Assembly (NCBI GenBank): GCA_964580285.1
Contig: CAZOKB010000001.1
Span: 9,366 to 73,365 of the forward strand
Direction: 5' to 3'
DNA length: 64,000 nucleotides
DNA from: an uncultured Bdellovibrionales bacterium
Lineage (GTDB): Bacteria; Patescibacteriota; Minisyncoccia; Moranbacterales; UBA1568
The notes under the pieces were generated by a model. That model had not been told where the DNA came from. It saw only the letters and a program-made list of their open reading frames with translations, and searched no databases. Each line of letters begins with the position of its first letter. The first letter of the stretch is position 1. Both the position numbers and the translations under genes were made by a program. Below, piece after piece: positions 1 to 8,616 of this stretch.

Positions 1-135
1 TCAGGAGCCAAGCCGTCGATACGGATCGGTGCTGATTTGGTTGAGGACCGTGAGTGGCTCTCCGAACTTATTCGCATCACCGAGGCCGCGCTGCCGGAAT
101 CGAAACCGAAGAAAACTCCCGCTAGAGGCTTTTAG
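1..135 (+). CDS. 3' end of an unidentified upstream gene (partial; open frame ...TEAALPESKPKKTPARGF*)
   Basis: Frame 1 is open from position 1 to the TAG at 133-135. No homology is recognised. Confidence 0.3.
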   Translation, partial: SGAKPSIRIGADLVEDREWLSELIRITEAALPESKPKKTPARGF

Positions 136-153
136 AAGGGTTTTTGGGTGGCG

Positions 154-162
154 TGGTATAAT
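154..162 (+). promoter_or_regulatory. Extended -10 promoter element TGgTATAAT upstream of the cupredoxin gene
   Basis: The sequence cgTGgTATAATag lies about 45 nt upstream of the ATG at 207. The -35 region is weak. The same motif class recurs upstream of other genes in the window. Confidence 0.35.
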
Positions 163-206
163 AGTACCGCTGACAACAGGACCCTCTATTTTTTAAGGAC
201 AAGCAT

Positions 207-632
207 ATGGGAAAACTTATCGTAGCAGTAGTAGTGATTGCAGCGCTCGGAGGATATTTTTTTCTTCAGAAAGCCTCGGCTCCAGCCACGGACACGGCAA
301 TGCCCGTAAAGTCGGTTGAGCCGGTTTCACAGGTGCTCAATGGTCCGTTGAAAGAATTCTCGATGACAGCCTACTATGATGCGCAGGGCAAGTGGTTTTC
401 TTTGAAAGAAATCTCCGTTAAGAAGGGGGATCATGTACGGATTAAGGTGACAAATACCGCGGGCATGCATGACTTCATGCTGGATGAGTTTGGAGTGAAA
501 GAGGAACTGCCGCTCAATCAAGAAGTCGTGATTGATTTCACTGCAGATAAAGCGGGGACTTTCCAGTACTATTGTTCGAAGCCAGGGCACCGGGCTGGTG
601 GGCAGTGGGGTACGTTTACGGTATCTGAATAA
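207..632 (+). CDS. Cupredoxin-domain (blue-copper-like) protein with an N-terminal membrane anchor or signal
   Basis: A hydrophobic N-terminus is followed by likely copper ligands of a cupredoxin fold, spaced as His...Cys-x2-His (MHDF ... YYCSKPGHRAGGQ). Confidence 0.65.
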   Translation: MGKLIVAVVVIAALGGYFFLQKASAPATDTAMPVKSVEPVSQVLNGPLKEFSMTAYYDAQGKWFSLKEISVKKGDHVRIKVTNTAGMHDFMLDEFGVKEELPLNQEVVIDFTADKAGTFQYYCSKPGHRAGGQWGTFTVSE

Positions 633-656
633 CTTCTTTCGAAGAGGCTACTAGGG

Positions 657-1397
657 TTGGTTATGTTGCAGGAACAACTGCTTTTTCTTGATACTGAAAC
701 GACTGGGACGGGGCCGCATGATCGGCTGTGTCAGGTAGCATATAGTATTGGTGAACGGGAAGCCGAAGCGCTTTTTAAACCGCCAGTACCGATCAGTATC
801 GAGGCTATGAGCGTGACGCATATCACGAACCGTATGGTTGAGCGTTGTGAAGCGTTCGCTGGGTCGGCGATGCAGCGTGAGCTAACAGCACTTTTGGCGG
901 AGGGCGCGATCCTTGTGGCGCACAATGCGAAGTTTGATATCGAGATGCTCCAGCATGAAGGTCTCGAAGTGCCGGTCTCGATTGATACCTTCAAGCTTTC
1001 GCATTATCTCGATATTACTGGCACGATACCGCGGCACAACCTTCAGTACCTCCGCTACTACCACGACCTCACAGTGGATAATGTCTCGGCGCATGATGCC
1101 TTAGGCGATGTTCGAGTGCTTCGCGCGCTTTTTGATTTCTATTTTTCAACCATGCTGGAGAAGACGGGTGATGAGACAGTGGTACTCCACGAGATGCTCG
1201 AGGTTTCGGCCCGGCCCATCCTTATGAAAAAGTTTCCTTTTGGAAAGTATGCTGGGAAAGAGGTAGAACAAGTGGCGGTCGAAGATCCAGGGTATCTGGT
1301 TTGGATGCTCAATCAGAAAATCATGACGCGTGAGCAGGGTGGCGAGGATGATGAACACTGGATCTACACCCTTGATTATTATCTGCCGAAGCCATAA
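657..1397 (+). CDS. DnaQ-like 3'-5' exonuclease (DEDDh family) with a KfpFGKYaG-type C-terminal domain
   Basis: Exo I motif LFLDTETTG, Exo II motif AHNAKFDIEML and Exo III motif HDALGDVRV are present. The C-terminal FPFGKYAGKEVEQV...YLVWML tail resembles the DUF3820/Exo-X C-terminal domain. Confidence 0.75.
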   Translation: MVMLQEQLLFLDTETTGTGPHDRLCQVAYSIGEREAEALFKPPVPISIEAMSVTHITNRMVERCEAFAGSAMQRELTALLAEGAILVAHNAKFDIEMLQHEGLEVPVSIDTFKLSHYLDITGTIPRHNLQYLRYYHDLTVDNVSAHDALGDVRVLRALFDFYFSTMLEKTGDETVVLHEMLEVSARPILMKKFPFGKYAGKEVEQVAVEDPGYLVWMLNQKIMTREQGGEDDEHWIYTLDYYLPKP

Positions 1398-1426
1398 GCA
1401 GGAAGTCCTGTTTTCCCGATGACCAA

Positions 1427-1457
1427 CAAAAAACCACTCCTTGAGGAGTGGTTTTTT
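1427..1457. terminator. Bidirectional rho-independent terminator between the convergent exonuclease and cspA genes
   Basis: The sequence is AAAAAACCACTCC-TTGA-GGAGTGGTTTTTT. It forms a perfect 7-bp stem flanked by an A-tract and a T-tract. Confidence 0.7.
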
Positions 1458-1473
1458 GGTGTATAGATCGCGA

Positions 1474-1671
1474 TTAGGCGAGGGACACGTTGGTGGCCGC
1501 AGGACCCTTCGGACCTTCGGTAACCTCGAAGGTGACGTTGTCGCCGACCTTGAGCTCATCGAAAGTAACACCGACGAGCTCCTTGGAGTGGAAGAAAAGA
1601 TCCTTCGCCTCGCCTTCGCGAGAGATGAATCCGAATCCACGATCCGTGAGCGTTTTGATAGTACCGGTCAT
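1474..1671 (-). CDS. cspA: Cold-shock protein (CspA family)
   Basis: The 65-aa protein MTGTIKTLTDRGFGFISREGEAKDLFFHSKEL... carries the RNP-1 motif (GFGFI) and the RNP-2 motif. The longer ORF in the supplied track (start 2115) has an unsupported N-terminal extension. Confidence 0.85.
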   Translation of the reverse strand: MTGTIKTLTDRGFGFISREGEAKDLFFHSKELVGVTFDELKVGDNVTFEVTEGPKGPAATNVSLA

Positions 1672-1813
1672 AGTATTGCTTCTTGGCTTGTTCGAGAGAA
1701 ATCCGACTACATTTCTTCTTGCATTAGTTGCAAAGTCCACTATAGCATAAAAGCAGGTATCAGTCAATATGGAAAAATAGGCTGAAAACAAAGGAAAAAA
1801 TGCATGTTCTATA

Positions 1814-3175
1814 ATGAAAGATATGAAGAAACTTTCTTGTTTCAGCTTGAGTCTTGTTGGTATCGGGCTAGTCGCTGTAGCTGGCTGGGTGTGGTTGCGC
1901 GTACCGGCCCGAGTATCCTTGCCAGCCTGTACCCTTGAAGCCAAGCTGTGTCCAGATGGATCAGCGGTCGGGAGAAGCGGACCTGAGTGCGCTTTCGCTC
2001 CTTGTCCGGAGAGCATGCCTTCAAACGAGGGGGCGTTAGTTCCATCGGAAGCATTACCAAGAGTCGTGCCTCTCGATCGAGCCGAAGAACGAGTAACGAA
2101 AAAACCCTTTGGCATGTTTATTGACCCACAAACATCGCCGGTGCAGCCGGAACGTTTTCGGGGGTATCATACGGGAACAGATTTTGAAACTTTTCCCAAA
2201 GAGTCTGTAACGGATGTGTCTATTCGTGCGGTGTGTTCCGGTACGCTAGTTGCGAAGCGGCGGGCTAGCGGCTATGGTGGTGTCATTGTTGAACGCTGCG
2301 AGCTCGGGGGCGAAACCGTGACGGTCGTCTACGGTCATCTCGCGCTTAAGAGTGTGACTGGGCAGGTAGGGGACCAGGTAGAAAGAGGGGCTGAGCTCGG
2401 TATGCTGGGAGCAGCCGGGAGTACCGATACTGATGGCGAACGCAAGCATTTGCACCTCGGTATTCATCGGGGCGAGGCGATAGATATCCGCGGCTATGTG
2501 AGTCAGCGGACTGAGTTATCGCAGTGGATCGATCCGTGCCTCTTTTTCTGCCCGGGAGCGGAGCCGGTATCATCTCTTAGTGATCGTGCTATGCCGTTGG
2601 TACCCTTTGTAGTGCAGGCGCCGGCTGGTGCTTGGCAGGATCCGGTATTCCAGGACGGCTGCGAGGAGGCATCGATACTCATGGCATCCCGATTAGGGAG
2701 TACGATTTCTTTTTCAGTCGAAGAAATGAAACAAGAAATACGCACGATCTCAAAACTCTCGGCGGAGCTCTTCGGGACGGCGGTAGATACGTCGGCTGAG
2801 GATACCTTAGCCCTGTTTCGGAAGTATACTGGTCGGACGGATGGCGAGCTGCTCGATCCGGCGACAGATGACGAGATGCGATCATCGCTCTCAGCGGGCA
2901 AGATTCTCCTGGTGCCGATGGATGGTCAGGCGCTCGGTAATCCGCATTTCACGGCGCCGGGACCAGAAACACATATGCTCGTTGTGACCGGATACGATAA
3001 AGTGACGGGGGAGTATATCACGCATGATCCAGGGACGCGCTTCGGTGAGGGGTACCGGTATCCGGCAAAGCGGTTCATCGGAGCGATGCGTGATTATCCG
3101 ACGGGGGATCATCTACCTATCGGGTCGGTCGCGAAGCGGGCGATCGCGATCATCCGGGGTGCAGATCAGGAGTGA
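1814..3175 (+). CDS. Secreted or membrane-anchored M23 (LytM-type) metallopeptidase fused to a C-terminal papain-like (C39-like) domain
   Basis: An N-terminal signal or TM segment is followed by the M23 motifs HTGTD (HxxxD) and HLHLGIH (HxH). The C-terminal ~180 aa has a Cys (DGCEEASILMA) and a His (YITHDPG) spaced as in C39_2 or BtrH-like peptidases. The C39-like call is inference. Confidence 0.65.
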   Translation: MKDMKKLSCFSLSLVGIGLVAVAGWVWLRVPARVSLPACTLEAKLCPDGSAVGRSGPECAFAPCPESMPSNEGALVPSEALPRVVPLDRAEERVTKKPFGMFIDPQTSPVQPERFRGYHTGTDFETFPKESVTDVSIRAVCSGTLVAKRRASGYGGVIVERCELGGETVTVVYGHLALKSVTGQVGDQVERGAELGMLGAAGSTDTDGERKHLHLGIHRGEAIDIRGYVSQRTELSQWIDPCLFFCPGAEPVSSLSDRAMPLVPFVVQAPAGAWQDPVFQDGCEEASILMASRLGSTISFSVEEMKQEIRTISKLSAELFGTAVDTSAEDTLALFRKYTGRTDGELLDPATDDEMRSSLSAGKILLVPMDGQALGNPHFTAPGPETHMLVVTGYDKVTGEYITHDPGTRFGEGYRYPAKRFIGAMRDYPTGDHLPIGSVAKRAIAIIRGADQE

Positions 3176-3412
3176 TTCGGGTATACTACGGAGGCCTATT
3201 ATTTTTTTGCAGTATGCCAGATATTCGATTGCCCTTCGATACGAGTCGCAACATCTCGGGACCGATCGCACTCCTCGTGGTGATGTTGGTGGCTTCTCTG
3301 GTTGCCTGGTGCTCCTTGTCTCTCGGGCGCCAGGTGATCGAGAACGCGGAACATTCGCCGATGGTGGATATCAGCCAGCGCTCTTCGGATATCAAACACA
3401 TCAAACGCTAGA

Positions 3413-4105
3413 TTGATTATGTTCTTCCATTCCGCCACTCTGATCAGTTGGATCAAAGACTATGTGATGCAAGTGCCGCTCGAGTGGTTTGTCTTCTCAG
3501 GTTCGTTTCTCGAGGAAGTCGTGAGTCCGATACCGTCGATGCTTATCACCGGCATCGCTGGATCGCTCGCGCTCATGCGGCATGAGGACTGGTGGTACCT
3601 CGCGCTTCTGGCTTTTTTGGCGAGCTCGGGAAAGACGATTGGTGCCTGGCTGTATTATTTTTTCGGCGATAAGGGAGAGGATCTCCTGATCGGTCGTGTC
3701 GGCCAGTGGTTCGGCGTTGCGCACGCGGATGTTGAGCGTGTCGGTGTCCGGTTCACGGGTCATCACTGGAAGGATGGCGGACTTCTCTTCCTGATACGCG
3801 CCGTGCCGTTCATGCCGACGACGCCGTTCTCAGTAGCATCCGGTATCTTCAAGATGAATATCCGTGTCTTCTTCGCGGCAACGCTCTTGGGATATTTCGT
3901 GAAGGATCTCGGCTATGTCCTAGCGGGATATTTCGGCATTGCGAAAATCTCTACGCTCTGGCGCGATATCGACCATATCAAATGGATGTTTGATAGTGCG
4001 GTGTGGTTAGCTATCGGTATAGCGCTGTATCTGCTTTATCGTCACCGGCATAAAGGCAAGCATGCTTGGCGTTTTCTTTGCCAGATTTTCGATCGGAAGA
4101 AATAA
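3413..4105 (+). CDS. DedA/VTT-family membrane protein
   Basis: The protein is multi-TM and carries the DedA-type motif RAVPFMPTTPFSVASG. Confidence 0.55.
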   Translation: MIMFFHSATLISWIKDYVMQVPLEWFVFSGSFLEEVVSPIPSMLITGIAGSLALMRHEDWWYLALLAFLASSGKTIGAWLYYFFGDKGEDLLIGRVGQWFGVAHADVERVGVRFTGHHWKDGGLLFLIRAVPFMPTTPFSVASGIFKMNIRVFFAATLLGYFVKDLGYVLAGYFGIAKISTLWRDIDHIKWMFDSAVWLAIGIALYLLYRHRHKGKHAWRFLCQIFDRKK

Positions 4106-4115
4106 AGAGTTTGGC

Positions 4116-4574
4116 TTAATACACAAACGGGATAAGGCGTTTGGTGTGGGCCTGATACGTTGTATAGTGTGGAAATTTTTCGGTGAGGAGTTTTTCTTCG
4201 TACGAGAGTTTGATAGTGAGGAGGATAAAGAGAAGCGCGAAGGCAACAAAATGCCTGATGACCGGATAGTTCAGAAACAACCCGAAGGTGGTAAGGAGGA
4301 GAGCGGTATACATGGGGTGGCGGATAAACGCGTAGGGTCCGCTGATGATAAGGATGGCAGTTTGAGCGGGTTCGGGTGCGATACGAAACTTCCCTGGGCG
4401 CAGAGTTATGAATGCCCAGAAGCCAAGTGTGATGCCGGCGAGGACGAGGGTCCAGGCCACAATATCCTGCGGAGCAAATGGTTGGAGGACAGGATGGAAG
4501 AGTACGAAATAACTGATGATGGCGAATTGCGCGCCGACGAGAGACTTCGAGAAGAGTGATGATTGATGAGTCAT
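4116..4574 (-). CDS. Isoprenylcysteine carboxyl methyltransferase (ICMT)/phospholipid methyltransferase family membrane protein
   Basis: The C-terminal motif GPYAFIRHPMY is typical of the ICMT/PEMT family. The protein is polytopic. Confidence 0.7.
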   Translation of the reverse strand: MTHQSSLFSKSLVGAQFAIISYFVLFHPVLQPFAPQDIVAWTLVLAGITLGFWAFITLRPGKFRIAPEPAQTAILIISGPYAFIRHPMYTALLLTTFGLFLNYPVIRHFVAFALLFILLTIKLSYEEKLLTEKFPHYTTYQAHTKRLIPFVY

Positions 4575-4628
4575 AGGGAAGTGGTTTTTTAAGAAATAGA
4601 GTATCGAAAAGGATGGCTATTCTTCGAG

Positions 4629-4722
4629 GTCTCTCCTGGGCCACGAAAGCAGATTTTCCTCTCGCTATCGCCTCGGAAGTCTCGGGCGTCAAGGAAAACC
4701 TCTTTCGCGGCCCAGGAGAGTG
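4629..4722 (+). repeat. Dispersed ~90-nt hairpin element, copy 1 (core CTCGCTATCGCCTCGGAAGTCTCGGGC flanked by a ~29-bp imperfect inverted repeat)
   Basis: The left arm ctctcctgggccacgaaagcagattttcc pairs with the right arm ggaaaacctctttcgcggcccaggagag. Copies 1, 3 and 5 (4629-4722, 14695-14786, 46193-46282) share the core in this orientation. Copies 2 and 4 (13273-13360, 31095-31160) carry its reverse complement. Confidence 0.8.
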
Positions 4723-4906
4723 CGTATTATCTAGGTTAGTATTCAGGAAAATTTACTTTCGTAGACTGATAGAAACCGATTAACACCCCTAATCTTTTCC
4801 AGTATAGCAAATCGGCATCGGCAAATGTGATGGTGTGCTACGATAGGAGCATTGACGCTTCAGGGGAAGCCCTCTAGACTGTCTCTTTCAGATACATACA
4901 TAATAT

Positions 4907-6931
4907 ATGGATACATCGACATTTCGGTTGCAATCGCCTTGGGGTCCAGCCGGCGATCAGCCCAAAGCGATTGCGGCATTGACCAGGGGGATTGAGTCGG
5001 GAGCCTCTTTTCAGACCTTGCTCGGTGTGACGGGCTCCGGGAAGACGTTTACCATGGCCAACGTGATCGCAAATATCGGCAAGCCGACTCTGGTCATTGC
5101 ACACAACAAGACGCTCGCAGCGCAGCTGGCCCAGGAGTATCAGGAATTTTTCCCGGATCACGCGGTGCACTATTTCGTCTCGTACTATGATTTCTATCAG
5201 CCGGAAGCCTATCTCCCGGTGACCGATACCTATATCGAGAAGGATGCTCAGATCAACGAAGAGATCGACCGGTTGCGGCACGCTTCCACGCAAGCACTTT
5301 TGACGCGGCGCGATACGATTATCGTGGCCTCGGTATCCTGCATCTACGGCCTGGGGAGTCCGGCGGAATACGAGAAGAAGAATCTCCGCCTCTCAGTCGG
5401 GACGCCGATGACGCGGACCGAACTGCTCCATACGCTGGTCGCTATCTTCTTCGAGCGGACGAATGCTGATCTTTCGCCGGGTATGTTCCGTAGTCTCGGC
5501 AATCGCGTGGAAGTGATGCCGATATCCGAAAAGTATGTCTACAGCATCGATATCGTAGCGGGTACCATCGGGCATATTGTGAAGATTGATCCGGTAACGC
5601 AGAAAATCTTCGAAGAGCCAAAAGACATTTTCCTCTTTCCGGCCAAACATTTTATTACAGATGAACAAGAGAAAGCGCGCGCGCTCAAGAATATACGGGA
5701 AGAATTGACGCTCCGCTTGGCTGAGCTCGAAGCCGAAGGAAAATTACTCGAAGTCGAGCGCCTCAAGCGACGGACGAATTATGATCTCGCGATGATCGAA
5801 GAAATCGGGTATTGCAGCGGTATCGAAAACTATTCACGACACCTTTCGGGAAAATTGCCTGGCGAACCGGCTGAAACCTTGTTATCATACTTTCCGCACC
5901 TGCCAGATGGCACACCGGATTTTCTTACGGTGATTGATGAGTCGCATGTGACCTTACCGCAGCTGCGGGGCATGTATGCGGGTGACCAGGCGCGCAAAAA
6001 AACGCTGGTAGAATTCGGTTTCCGGCTTCCCTCAGCGCTTGATAACCGCCCGCTCCGTTATGAGGAATTTCTCGAGCGAGTCGGACCGGTGGTCTTCACG
6101 TCGGCTACTCCGGCGGAGTATGAACGCGAGGTGAGCGAACAGATCATCGAGCAGGTGATCCGGCCAACCGGACTCTTGGATCCGCTTGTCGAGGTACGGG
6201 GTATCCGGGCCGATGAATCGGTTCCGTATCCAGGTCAGATCGGCGACTTCATCCGTGAGACGGAAATAGAAGTGGCTCGGGGGAACCGGGTGATCGCGAC
6301 AACGCTCACGAAAAAGATGGCGGAAGATTTAGCGGTCTACCTGAAGGAAAGAGGTATTCGTTCGGAATATCTGCACAGCGATGTGAAGACTATCGATCGG
6401 ATTAAAATCCTTACATCTTTCCGTAAGGGGGAGTTTGATTGCATCGTAGGAGTAAACCTATTGCGCGAAGGTCTTGATTTGCCCGAAGTCTCGTTTATCG
6501 GTATTTTGGATGCCGACAAAGAAGGGTTTCTGCGTTCTGAGACCTCGCTGATTCAGATTATCGGACGAGCAGCGCGCAATGCCAGCGGTCGGGTGATTCT
6601 CTATGCTGATCGCACCACCGGATCGATCGAGTATGCTCTCGGGGAAACCAATCGGCGGCGTAAGCTCCAGGCAGAGTACAATGCGGAGCATGGTATTACC
6701 CCGGCAACGGTCAAAAAAAATATCCATGATATTACCGAGCACTTGGAAAGCGAACATGATAAAGCGGTTCGGGCGAATCTTTCTTTGGATGAACGAATTT
6801 TTTCGAAAGATCCTGCCAAGCTTATCCGTCTCAAGGAAAAGGAAATGAAACAAGCGGTGAAGATACTTGATTTTGAGACAGCCGCCCTTTTGCGCGACGA
6901 AATTCGCGCTCTTCAGTCTCGACAACGGTAG
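4907..6931 (+). CDS. uvrB: Excinuclease ABC subunit B
   Basis: The Walker A motif GVTGSGKTFT is present. The helicase motifs, the C-terminal UVR domain (TAALLRDEIRALQ) and the length are typical of UvrB. Confidence 0.95.
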   Translation: MDTSTFRLQSPWGPAGDQPKAIAALTRGIESGASFQTLLGVTGSGKTFTMANVIANIGKPTLVIAHNKTLAAQLAQEYQEFFPDHAVHYFVSYYDFYQPEAYLPVTDTYIEKDAQINEEIDRLRHASTQALLTRRDTIIVASVSCIYGLGSPAEYEKKNLRLSVGTPMTRTELLHTLVAIFFERTNADLSPGMFRSLGNRVEVMPISEKYVYSIDIVAGTIGHIVKIDPVTQKIFEEPKDIFLFPAKHFITDEQEKARALKNIREELTLRLAELEAEGKLLEVERLKRRTNYDLAMIEEIGYCSGIENYSRHLSGKLPGEPAETLLSYFPHLPDGTPDFLTVIDESHVTLPQLRGMYAGDQARKKTLVEFGFRLPSALDNRPLRYEEFLERVGPVVFTSATPAEYEREVSEQIIEQVIRPTGLLDPLVEVRGIRADESVPYPGQIGDFIRETEIEVARGNRVIATTLTKKMAEDLAVYLKERGIRSEYLHSDVKTIDRIKILTSFRKGEFDCIVGVNLLREGLDLPEVSFIGILDADKEGFLRSETSLIQIIGRAARNASGRVILYADRTTGSIEYALGETNRRRKLQAEYNAEHGITPATVKKNIHDITEHLESEHDKAVRANLSLDERIFSKDPAKLIRLKEKEMKQAVKILDFETAALLRDEIRALQSRQR

Positions 6932-7016
6932 GATCGTGGTATACTTACAAGGTCTGCTCGAGAGAGGGTCGAAGCTTTTCGGGCTTATTCATTAATACAT
7001 AAATACACACGCATAT

Positions 7017-7373
7017 ATGGATGCGAAAAAAATTATAGGCTTGGGGGTGCTAGTGGCTATTGTGGGGGCGCTGGGTGTCGTCATTATCAAACAGATGTCG
7101 ACAGTTACGCGGCCAGCTACCAGCATGACGACTACCACGGTTCCTCAAAACGAACCAGCTGCCAAAAAGGGTCTTACGGAAGAAGCTCAGCTCTCTGTTC
7201 CGGATACGCAGCAGCCGACAACGGTTGATGCGATCGTCGGCGATATCGATAGTGAAATGGTTTCTGATGATGCCGCCGTAACGGATGAAGCTACCGGAGA
7301 AGCTGCGGTTATGGAAGAAGAATCAGGTTCACTTAATGATGTAAGCGAATTCTATGATGACAAAAATCTCTAA
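7017..7373 (+). CDS. Hypothetical membrane-anchored acidic protein
   Basis: The N-terminus has a TM helix. The C-terminus is Thr-, Asp- and Glu-rich and low in complexity. Confidence 0.45.
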   Translation: MDAKKIIGLGVLVAIVGALGVVIIKQMSTVTRPATSMTTTTVPQNEPAAKKGLTEEAQLSVPDTQQPTTVDAIVGDIDSEMVSDDAAVTDEATGEAAVMEEESGSLNDVSEFYDDKNL

Positions 7374-8196
7374 AAGCATCCCATTGTTTCTCGGAGTAGC
7401 TGCTCTCGCCTTTCCGTTCTTGGCAGCAGCCTCGATGTATGAGGATCGTCAAGCAGAACGAACGCAGCGCATGGAAGATCGTCAGGCGAATCGTCAAGCA
7501 GATCGCCAAACGGCCATGGAAGAGCGTCAAGCGGATCGCCAAGCCGCATTCTGTGAGAATTTTACAAGTCGGATTGAAGATATGCAGAGCCGGCTTGCGG
7601 AGCGTAAAGACAAATTTACTGAACGTAAGACACAGCGCATGGAGCGTTTTGCGGAAAAGCGTGATGCGCGTGATAATACGTTGACCGATACTCGTGAAGC
7701 GCAGGATGCTCGGCGAAATGCTTGGTATGAGAAACTTGAAGCAGCTGCCGATACGGACGCTAAGAAAGCGGCAGTTGTTGCCTTTAAGAAAGCGACCGAA
7801 GCGGCCGTGGAAACTCGTCGTGATGCGGTGGATGCTGCGATCAAGGCGTTCCGCGAGGGGGTAGATGCTGCGGTAGCGAGTAAGAAAGATACTCGGTCCG
7901 GCGCAGCTGATACTTTTGCAGCGGCTGTTACGGCAGCTATCACTCAAGCCAAGTCAGACTGTGCTGCCGGGAAAGATGCTGCTACGGTACGGAGCACCTT
8001 CCAAGCAGCCCTCAAATCAGCCCGTACGAACCTTCAGTCTGAACGCCAGGAGAGTGCCAAGTTGGGTGACACTATCAAAGGGCTCGCTGAGACGAAGAAA
8101 ACGGCACTGCAATCAGCGATGGCCACATTCAAGACCGCTATGGATCAAGCTAAGGCTGATCTGAAGAAGGCCTTTGGGGAAGACGCAGTGCACTAG
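7354..8196 (+). CDS. Secreted alpha-helical repeat protein (EDRQA(E/N)RQ repeats)
   Basis: A signal peptide (LFLGVAALAFPFLAAAS) is followed by tandem 11-residue repeats. The DNA encoding them is also tandemly repeated. The rest is Ala- and Lys-rich helical sequence. Confidence 0.5.
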   Translation: MMTKISKSIPLFLGVAALAFPFLAAASMYEDRQAERTQRMEDRQANRQADRQTAMEERQADRQAAFCENFTSRIEDMQSRLAERKDKFTERKTQRMERFAEKRDARDNTLTDTREAQDARRNAWYEKLEAAADTDAKKAAVVAFKKATEAAVETRRDAVDAAIKAFREGVDAAVASKKDTRSGAADTFAAAVTAAITQAKSDCAAGKDAATVRSTFQAALKSARTNLQSERQESAKLGDTIKGLAETKKTALQSAMATFKTAMDQAKADLKKAFGEDAVH

Positions 8197-8220
8197 AAAC
8201 GCAGGTTTTTGCATCAGGCC

Positions 8221-8257
8221 AAGCTCCGTTTTTCAGCGGAGCTTTTGGTTTTTTTCT
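8221..8257 (+). terminator. Rho-independent terminator
   Basis: The sequence is AAGCTCCG-tttttcag-CGGAGCTT followed by TTGGTTTTTTT. Confidence 0.6.
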
Positions 8258-8279
8258 GTCTGATTGCTACAATATTCCT

Positions 8280-8615
8280 ATGTCTCGGCTTCAATCTTTT
8301 TCCAAAGAAAGTTTTGCGACTGCGGTGGAGCGGGTCGTAAAACGTATCCCGAAAGGGAGTGTACTCTCGTATGGAACCGTAGCAGTACATGCCGGGTTTC
8401 CTGGTGCTGCTCGTGCGGTAGGGAGTCTGATGAAAAAAAATCATGACCCGAGTATTCCGTGTCATCGGGTGATCCGGGGTGATGGTCGCTGCGGAGAATA
8501 TAACGGTGGCGGAGAGACGCAGAAAGCGCAACGCTTACGCCAGGAAGGGGTGGTCCTTGAGAGGAAGATTCTTGGCGGTCAGATAATATGGCGGGTACGA
8601 GGATATCGAAACTGA
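8280..8615 (+). CDS. MGMT-family protein (methylated-DNA-protein-cysteine methyltransferase DNA-binding/active-site domain only)
   Basis: The MGMT active-site motif IPCHRVI is present. The 111-aa protein lacks the N-terminal domain, as in YbaZ-like proteins. The catalytic Cys is retained. Confidence 0.7.
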   Translation: MSRLQSFSKESFATAVERVVKRIPKGSVLSYGTVAVHAGFPGAARAVGSLMKKNHDPSIPCHRVIRGDGRCGEYNGGGETQKAQRLRQEGVVLERKILGGQIIWRVRGYRN

Positions 8616-8616
8616 T

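Noticed and set aside
327-590. Numerous short antisense or alternative-frame ORFs of 60-200 aa nested inside confidently assigned genes, for example at 327-590, 731-994, 9427-9624 and 37053-37640.
   Set aside because: They fall within clearly homologous coding regions, lack RBS or homology, and have the composition expected for spurious reverse-frame ORFs.
1474-2115. 213-aa minus-strand ORF in the supplied track that includes cspA.
   Set aside because: Only the last 65 codons resemble a cold-shock protein. The upstream 148 codons are low-complexity, overlap the start of the M23 peptidase gene on the other strand, and lack a start context. The gene was trimmed to 1474-1671.
4740-4906. Looked for LexA/SOS boxes (CTGT-N8-ACAG or GAAC-N4-GTTC) upstream of uvrB, both uvrA genes and uvrC.
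   Set aside because: Only loose partial matches were found, such as CTGTctctttcAGAT. Nothing reached a convincing operator.
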